Shown here: positions 60,601-64,000 of the stretch, piece by piece | Numbering within the stretch: position 1 is the stretch's first letter | How the letters are laid out: the number at the start of each line of letters is the position of its first letter | Source of the DNA: Candidatus Magasanikiibacteriota bacterium | GTDB taxonomy: Bacteria > Patescibacteriota > Patescibacteriia > Magasanikbacterales > GWA2-37-8 | Assembly (NCBI GenBank): GCA_041666745.1 | Contig: JBAYGI010000003.1 | Location: 76,782-140,781 of the forward strand | Direction of reading: 5' to 3' | DNA: 64,000 bases | Made by a program: the position numbers and the translations under genes | The notes under the pieces: model-generated | Databases searched by the model: none | Seen by the model: the letters and a program-made list of their open reading frames with translations, nothing else | Told to the model about the DNA's origin: nothing

Positions 60601-62437
60601 CTTCGATTTTGGTTTTTGTTTTATCACTGAAAGTAACAAAACTTTTTACGACATCAAAAGCGCCAAAATTTTTACCTTTCACTGTTATGCTGGTACCGAC
60701 CGATCCGTTGTTTGGATTTAATCCGCAAATACCCGGATGAGAAATATTTGTTAAAGTAAAATTGGAAACTTTTTTAAAACCATCGCCGGTGGTATCAAAA
60801 TATTTAATATTAAAAACATCTGAACCGATAGCATTTGGACTAAATACCGCAATTTTACCGCTGATTATATTTTCCGGAACCAAAACAATAATTTGGTTAT
60901 CACTCCAATTATTGAAGCTGGCGCCACAATTTACCACTTGAGCCTCGACCCAATCGGTTGGTTGTTTTACATCCGGATTTGGGACTTTGGCAAAATAAAC
61001 ATGCCCTTTTGTGCCACCGAAATTTTTACCAAAAATTGAAATATAATCACCGACGGCAGCGCTAGATGGAGAAAAGTCGGTGATATAAGTTTTTTCTACA
61101 CAAGTACCTTCCGAATCACCGGCATTTTGTTTTTGACAAAACCCACTGTAACAATCGACATCTTTTGTGCATTTATCTCCGGAACAAACCCCGCACTCCC
61201 CACCACAATCAATAAATTTCTCTCCCGGATCAAGAGTCAAATCAAAACAGTGCTTCGGTTTTAAAACAACCGTAGAATTGTCCTCATTACTATTGGCCGC
61301 CCAATCCAAACCAATAGCTTTTAGAGAATGCTCGCCGATATTTAATTTGTTGGTAGGCCAAATAATCGTGGCGGTATCAGATTTTTTACATCCGCTAAAT
61401 GGAACACTATCAACCAACATGCCATCGGAATTCAAAACTATATTTTGCAAACCGCCATCATCTTCAAAATGAACTTTTACACTGATATTATCCCCTTGTT
61501 TTAAATTGGTATCGGAATTTTTTGGATATAAAATATTAATAACCGGATTTTTTCTATCCACTCCGTCACCGGAAGTAAAATTTACATCGGCGCATTTTCC
61601 GGTACTGAAAATACAATTCAGGTCTTTTCCACCGGCGCTTTGAATTCCTTTGCCTCCATCTTTTATTTTTATTTTATAAGTGGTAGACGCGGCAAAACAA
61701 TCTTTGCCGGTGTCTGGAGTAGGACAAACTCCGTTGGTCGGTTTGAAATATGCGATATGATGATGACTGGTCTGTATCGACCATTCACCAACCACCGGCA
61801 CAGAGGTAGAGGCGTTTTCTACAACGATTCTATCTTTCAAAGAGTCCACATCCACATCCAGATTAAAAACAATTACCGGTGCCACATTTTGCACACAAAC
61901 ATTTCCCGTTGCCGGCATTTGAACAATCGCGAACTGCCCGGAAGCGCAATTGTCATACGCACACGATGAAAAACAAGATGGACAATCTCCACCACAACTA
62001 GCCCCACCATTAGCTTTTTGCGCTTCACACAATGCACTAGAAACATTTCCCGTGGTTGCCTCCACTAATTTATTCATTACAAAACTCACGATGGCATAAG
62101 CGGATAAAATAATAACCAAACCAATCGTGGCATTAATCAATATCTTTTTTGATGTAGCGACTTTTTCATCATCACCACCGGCCGTCATCCATAAATAACC
62201 AGCATACAAAATCAGACACAAAGCTACTATCCCCAATAGTCCCAGAGCGGCTTTGATGATTTTGGCAACAATTGTACGAATATCAGTAGTCGGCAGACCG
62301 GTCGCCGCGGCTTCTTTCAAACCAACATCCAAATTGGAAGCTTGAGCGTGGACCAAACTATTAAACGCCAAAAATCCGGTTACAAAAAACAATGAGAAAA
62401 TTAAACACAAAACTAATTTTTTATTTACAAATTTCAT
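51677..62437 (-). CDS. Giant 3586-aa surface protein: VirB2/TrbC-like pilin N-terminus, Ig-like and IPT/TIG domains, Cys-rich CGNG/CGDG repeats, LamG domain
   Basis: Uninterrupted ORF; signal peptide then LLGIVALCLILYAGYLWMTAGGDDEKV..KKILINATIGLVII; ITxxGKNFG/W.D..I IPT repeats; CGNGKVEAGEDCD repeats; IGR...FKGSMDEM..F.RTLT LamG. Confidence 0.85.
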   Translation of the reverse strand: MKFVNKKLVLCLIFSLFFVTGFLAFNSLVHAQASNLDVGLKEAAATGLPTTDIRTIVAKIIKAALGLLGIVALCLILYAGYLWMTAGGDDEKVATSKKILINATIGLVIILSAYAIVSFVMNKLVEATTGNVSSALCEAQKANGGASCGGDCPSCFSSCAYDNCASGQFAIVQMPATGNVCVQNVAPVIVFNLDVDVDSLKDRIVVENASTSVPVVGEWSIQTSHHHIAYFKPTNGVCPTPDTGKDCFAASTTYKIKIKDGGKGIQSAGGKDLNCIFSTGKCADVNFTSGDGVDRKNPVINILYPKNSDTNLKQGDNISVKVHFEDDGGLQNIVLNSDGMLVDSVPFSGCKKSDTATIIWPTNKLNIGEHSLKAIGLDWAANSNEDNSTVVLKPKHCFDLTLDPGEKFIDCGGECGVCSGDKCTKDVDCYSGFCQKQNAGDSEGTCVEKTYITDFSPSSAAVGDYISIFGKNFGGTKGHVYFAKVPNPDVKQPTDWVEAQVVNCGASFNNWSDNQIIVLVPENIISGKIAVFSPNAIGSDVFNIKYFDTTGDGFKKVSNFTLTNISHPGICGLNPNNGSVGTSITVKGKNFGAFDVVKSFVTFSDKTKTKIEGWADDTILSVAPTSLGNGNYGVKVTNSNNQTSNSVLFTISGSNQDAPLISEISAPAITTIGDYLTITGKNFGNQIGSVWFKLNGAAAPDGVFNFPVACKNSFWKDNQIVVKVPPGLDTNSKRYTIQVYNSVSELGSVLDDNKFVMINTGDPSPGICKISPVSGAVPFVFPNTVTVSGEYLDKVTKFYFWKTGGASNDILNTLIGNSVTNVSAQSFSSVPNDKNITSGLVFAYRGSDKKQSNGLLFSTSDCTKNDCVSNSDKCCKTGDEAGMCKPKGELCKGEFKSSGFVWMFSTKEIVPPPQVIERCDHNTELGKNLPSPSPSTKWNEGGSNDASKVCQTALVTVEFSADLNPATVNNNSVTINACESIDVDGVCQKAKNILLTDDSYKLNSAAVDASQNARPYLLIKSQDGKWASSTLFQVVLKDSISSVPDKKGQSVKLVASNPCGVGTAYCFSFKTGIGDCALKKVVVTPNEFWAKILESPMRYHSTGGDVFDIFYKGNGLSTQYCTMMDVSGFDWKWVVDNKNAGKIYATIDGAGDKINTQVNTLGNTVGVGVANDSVDVKATASTSSVDKIFVSKTGSSPLTIDLSNPEVVDYWPNCLEACTNASVGAKFNITMSNHNVTKDSPAIKLVQCNDENCFSTSEPVALDSSFDEASGHTILKIANDKGSESLKPNTLYQVMLSSVSASGVDNGAQLWSVAFSNDPESFSKPYNKIFTWRFRTKKEACKVDHVSILPKVFTAKKLKDLAIFQAQPFAAPDACSVTGQKLNPWNQNWSWSSSDVGVATVQSFKTKGSSAFCTANCILKGSTVPSGQGSAAYPVCGNGKVEAGEDCDPPLKLKGCGLNCRFIGNPNATTTISKVDVGLCGDGFVTQEKGEACDINDPKSKEGCNTFCLHTGSKMQTAAKEVSASICGNGMIGSGEDCDVGVSADQNVSTSSILCSAQCLHLGTRLSSQWCFANDAKIAPAFGGFEQKDYNFFCSQSYSQCGDGVTSPDEDVGCETTNGIPNGKHSDWCNDRCLVANKSNFDQNLTNPDTTCSANKEGCDENAQHVGSSLMYSKPSVCGDGVVGVGEDEICETDKYLTNIWHKDLVDPWVLAIGQAGSVGNIVSSTLSAQVSDIKGAITDKNVSGIGKYQVLCGYKTDEQCQEAYKGDKNVGVGLNSCCYFKSKLIDVYPGNTSTDPGKFATNVCINTFISASFDSIIDPATLPGNFVIARSAASPCSGGLEDVHETTSFLASSDSLLPWYQNIWNKIIITIKSIFGNKVTANTWCAGADIGGVEVVRDDTGGSQVLFSLNNPLAPSTEYVVILKKGIKNIQGVSIESKSDGKAVGWRFKTGKTICAISDVSIDPDQYYFSVPNADASLVAKGVTENLQLIQPVSGYSWEYQWGPKNNPYVLISGATSSVNIITSQNNNGEVDVHAAANLTENTYTPQTGLVGTGKSHIIVFLCENPWPPKQAIVQGQTKPTIIFPYEDKVGNNDGFDLDKNIFDSTEIPAANVGKGYFNFSTYYCADNGDHGYTDDLPYLRPVVQTGDTVATKSGVCDLDGLHCNSDTDCKDFYKFSSGDGKSFFSSSYYAVTCAYYDSDKLDNVFYVDSNKNPMYCSGWSCPDSGSADYLAWKNSHDSASCLGTNGSQTKQTCTKSAVSFFQDSEVFKRFIFTNNKNNDAIGIQVLSNKAHLSPSDWFTKAKGFAPTVQNLPPIDGYPAISDGSNIYVNALNFDSTGLIGHGNLETNIYLFSINENAAPETRKVFENLIKNLKFNINLTNYGYCGKDMKNPGDTTVCISDFDCANGEVCSVQKDKIKRNFSRIQDMSTIEKDLLDYSSGHGNTYPDLKVGSYLSGQTVSTWPSWSTLTGTAIPADPINKLGVAGTCASSTGIFCIDDKTCQTKTGSQTETCVLHAPDTGWSTADKRFSFACANNSLAYRYFATSTDPKTPGYLVKLRMEDSGLVIDNLGNLVKDLITKPAYFNILDTSGNGICNQNNEISTMNQGTCGDGKVNLNKGEECDPKGSVVWNQADCVGGSFADDLKGDICSSDCKWSKNATTTKCGILSKCGNGKVEVGETCDEGALNGKYNHCNPTCSGLSSSCGNGDVDTKGNEVCDTNFDFYKAGKDKDLGWCASGVVGAKPCNVDDDCKIQQNLWGSFKDNALVGIVGKCIQVSFNNSRYGLTPTTSCNLDCQAHGPYCGDAIVQKDFGEECDGNKVDTISGVTCNRVCGSGCRWVYNSVTTSPILYFNFDDVITYHAGWPKYETGNIGGLSYILNKGQAKSGISLLNSAYCSGVANTGCPTPISSFNGDKNQAMHFNGISNYFTIDHSASFDVNELTFATWINVDGDSSDGYHAVISKQEGKAISNNRDYNFYIVKSGNKINLLHFYSGPPPGSKTDNIFGISSVPVDLSVGVWYFVAVTVDAQRQVKYYVDGQYKGTGVVNGSTKLKADNNYPIWIGRADNWFKGSMDEMHLFGRTLTAGEITDLYNNGENFCQAKIATAEEVKPTTETGCGNGKIETGEACDNGNKNGVACTSGYNKPCVYCSWDCKNNISVDASGYCGDGVINGTEKCEVSGNSLYSSVTSTYITNDWWNKLVLEKHPDQNGYIVLPCDQEYNLHLNSGSLQFYKDKTWTNLTTQIGIKTCINNCSSISNKCVECGLKTGGSPISGALINVLEPLSNNPLLSNNSEDGDVGLLYVSTTQSLSSIGDTTGVAFFSYKLNDNIFDYKLHPYLGDQSVVASINSDPVCSDKSQSKIYRLAINSDFATEHMIDFPVFGTTTPDKYNLLLSPVIFDDTRPQDVRVVVSWVGDVGFNTGFLVPGGVNSQTGIITSLEDNSPAINISTGINYYTAPNINPLASIWYHGFKNTNTSNVKSFTIDTSKMVTSSYAFYIKTADTMKNLKNSAKLKVEVYVPESDDNLRHFARPAKTYYLNQAIPSDNDAAQFWHVFNIKKAPDSVVAKIPNRIGEINMIRSFIKMNYAP

Positions 62438-64000
62438 GGGGTTGACAATGGATTTTTAACTTTAATATTTTCAATACAATTTTTGATTCCATTTTGAGAA
62501 GACACCACTTGTCCGTTACAACAAAATTCACTTCCGACTTCATCTTTGGTGTCGCAACAATTTTCCGGTGAATTGACTATGTCACAAACTTTGGAATCCA
62601 ACGATCCGTTTGGTACGACATCTTTTGGCCCTTTACCCGGATAAAAACAATTGAAATGAGCATCCTCAACGCTGGAACTAACTACCGGAATATACATTTG
62701 TTTAATATTGTCCAAAAATGGACCATGATGAATTTCCACCGTCTGATAATCTAAATACACGAACGGAACTTTCCACAATGGAATATTGTTGGTCGGCGCC
62801 GGATATTCTTGAATTTCAATATTGTTCATCGAGTCGGCTCGCATGCGTTTACTAAACACCAAACTTAAATTCGCATCTTTTGGAACATTTTGCGCGTTTA
62901 CCCCTGGAGTAATTTTATTTATATATGGAGATTCTTTGTCGATTTCATCTCTAATTTTAAAAGTCCAAAAATAATTATCCGGCTTTTTCCAATTGTCAAA
63001 TACCGGCAAAGTGATGACTGCTGTTTGAGGACTACCATCGCCGTTTCCATCCAAAGCATTTCCGGACATGTCCGCTATACCACTAAATGGCACACTCTCA
63101 AAACTACCAACCAAGGTTTTGGCGGCTTCCAACAAAACTTGGTAATTATCATTTTTTGGTGAATCACTGCAAACAGCACCTGGCTTATCACAAACCGGCA
63201 AACAATAAATCGGATTTCCGCAGGCATTTTTCGCACATTCTTTGTTTGGAGCAAATTCCAATGTCTGGTAATTGTTTATCAAATTAAAACTACCGAGCGG
63301 TACCGTACTATTTTGTGCGTCAGAAAATATTTTATTTCCGGTCAAAGCATAATAAGTTTTCGCGCCAACGGTGGCGGTACTAAAAATTCCTTGCACACCG
63401 GTCGGATCCATCGGTTTGCTGAAAGAAATTTGGATTACCGAATTTTTGGCTTCGCCTTTTGGATTTTTTTCAATTGAATCCGGAAATACACCCGTCACAT
63501 GAGGTGGCGTATTGTCTAATAAATTACTGCAAGTAAACTGCCAATAATAAAAATCATTGCCGATTTTTTGATTTTGAAAAATTGAAGGATTGTTGTTTAC
63601 AGAATCATCAGCCGAAATACTACTACCCAGACGAACAATATATGATACAAAATCATTGGCGTTTCCCAAATAACCACCTTCACTATCGGTGATTGGTTTT
63701 AAAACAATCGTATAAACTCCAGTAATATTGTTGACTGTACTAGTGGTGGCGACTATTATCAACGCTTTGATGGATTGACCGTTATCCGCCTGTGAAACAT
63801 TGATAAATTTATCGGATAATTTATTATTTTCCAATTTGATATGATCACAATCATTGAACCAATTGAAGTTGTCTTTGTCGGTGTTTTTACAATCACCAAA
63901 TATTGGATTTCCACTACCATCTACACTGTCATTGCTGTTGTCTACAAAACTAGACAACAAAATTGGTTTATTAAATGTAATAACAATCTTGGTGTTGCGT
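62434..64000 (-). CDS. Secreted Ig-like (Big_5-type) Cys-rich protein, 5' end beyond window
   Basis: Frame stays open to window edge (RNTKIVITFNKPI); D.TPP.V...P...NSVIQISFSKPMD repeats; ATGA overlap with giant gene. Confidence 0.75.
   Translation of the reverse strand, partial: RNTKIVITFNKPILLSSFVDNSNDSVDGSGNPIFGDCKNTDKDNFNWFNDCDHIKLENNKLSDKFINVSQADNGQSIKALIIVATTSTVNNITGVYTIVLKPITDSEGGYLGNANDFVSYIVRLGSSISADDSVNNNPSIFQNQKIGNDFYYWQFTCSNLLDNTPPHVTGVFPDSIEKNPKGEAKNSVIQISFSKPMDPTGVQGIFSTATVGAKTYYALTGNKIFSDAQNSTVPLGSFNLINNYQTLEFAPNKECAKNACGNPIYCLPVCDKPGAVCSDSPKNDNYQVLLEAAKTLVGSFESVPFSGIADMSGNALDGNGDGSPQTAVITLPVFDNWKKPDNYFWTFKIRDEIDKESPYINKITPGVNAQNVPKDANLSLVFSKRMRADSMNNIEIQEYPAPTNNIPLWKVPFVYLDYQTVEIHHGPFLDNIKQMYIPVVSSSVEDAHFNCFYPGKGPKDVVPNGSLDSKVCDIVNSPENCCDTKDEVGSEFCCNGQVVSSQNGIKNCIENIKVKNPLSTP

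Noticed and set aside
1-64000. Many 60-150-aa antisense or nested ORFs; alternative genetic code 25
   Set aside because: Shadows of well-supported genes with no motifs; TGA is used as a stop (ATGA overlaps) and genes are full-length under code 11

Overview
AT-rich bacterial chromosome segment (genetic code 11, mostly lacking Shine-Dalgarno motifs). Gene content suggests Patescibacteria/CPR (Parcubacteria-like); this is an inference, not a search result. 1-29 kb, all minus strand: ECF sigma/anti-sigma pair, a 1239-aa S-layer-like protein, an O-antigen-ligase/OTase-like protein, a small HTH regulator and a >20-kb glycan cluster (Wzx, split transketolase, two RfbF, RfbG, RfbH, two YerE/IlvB-like ThDP enzymes, DmpF/DmpG-like pair, HpcH aldolase, GtrB-like and GT87-like transferases), probably making branched higher-carbon 3,6-dideoxy sugars. 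29-49 kb: housekeeping genes (metK, tRNA-Val, glyA, pyk, nrdR, ftsZ, ftsA, dgkA, ybeY), an Elp3 gene head-to-head with a Trm9-like methyltransferase, a GC-rich structured mini-gene cassette, a 26-bp inverted-repeat pair and at least three families of structured palindromic repeats. 49-64 kb: a 3586-aa VirB2/TrbC-pilin-fused Cys-rich surface protein, three DxDxDG Ca-binding membrane proteins and a partial Ig-like protein. No CRISPR array, rRNA, transposase or integrase was seen. All family calls are by-eye motif recognition.
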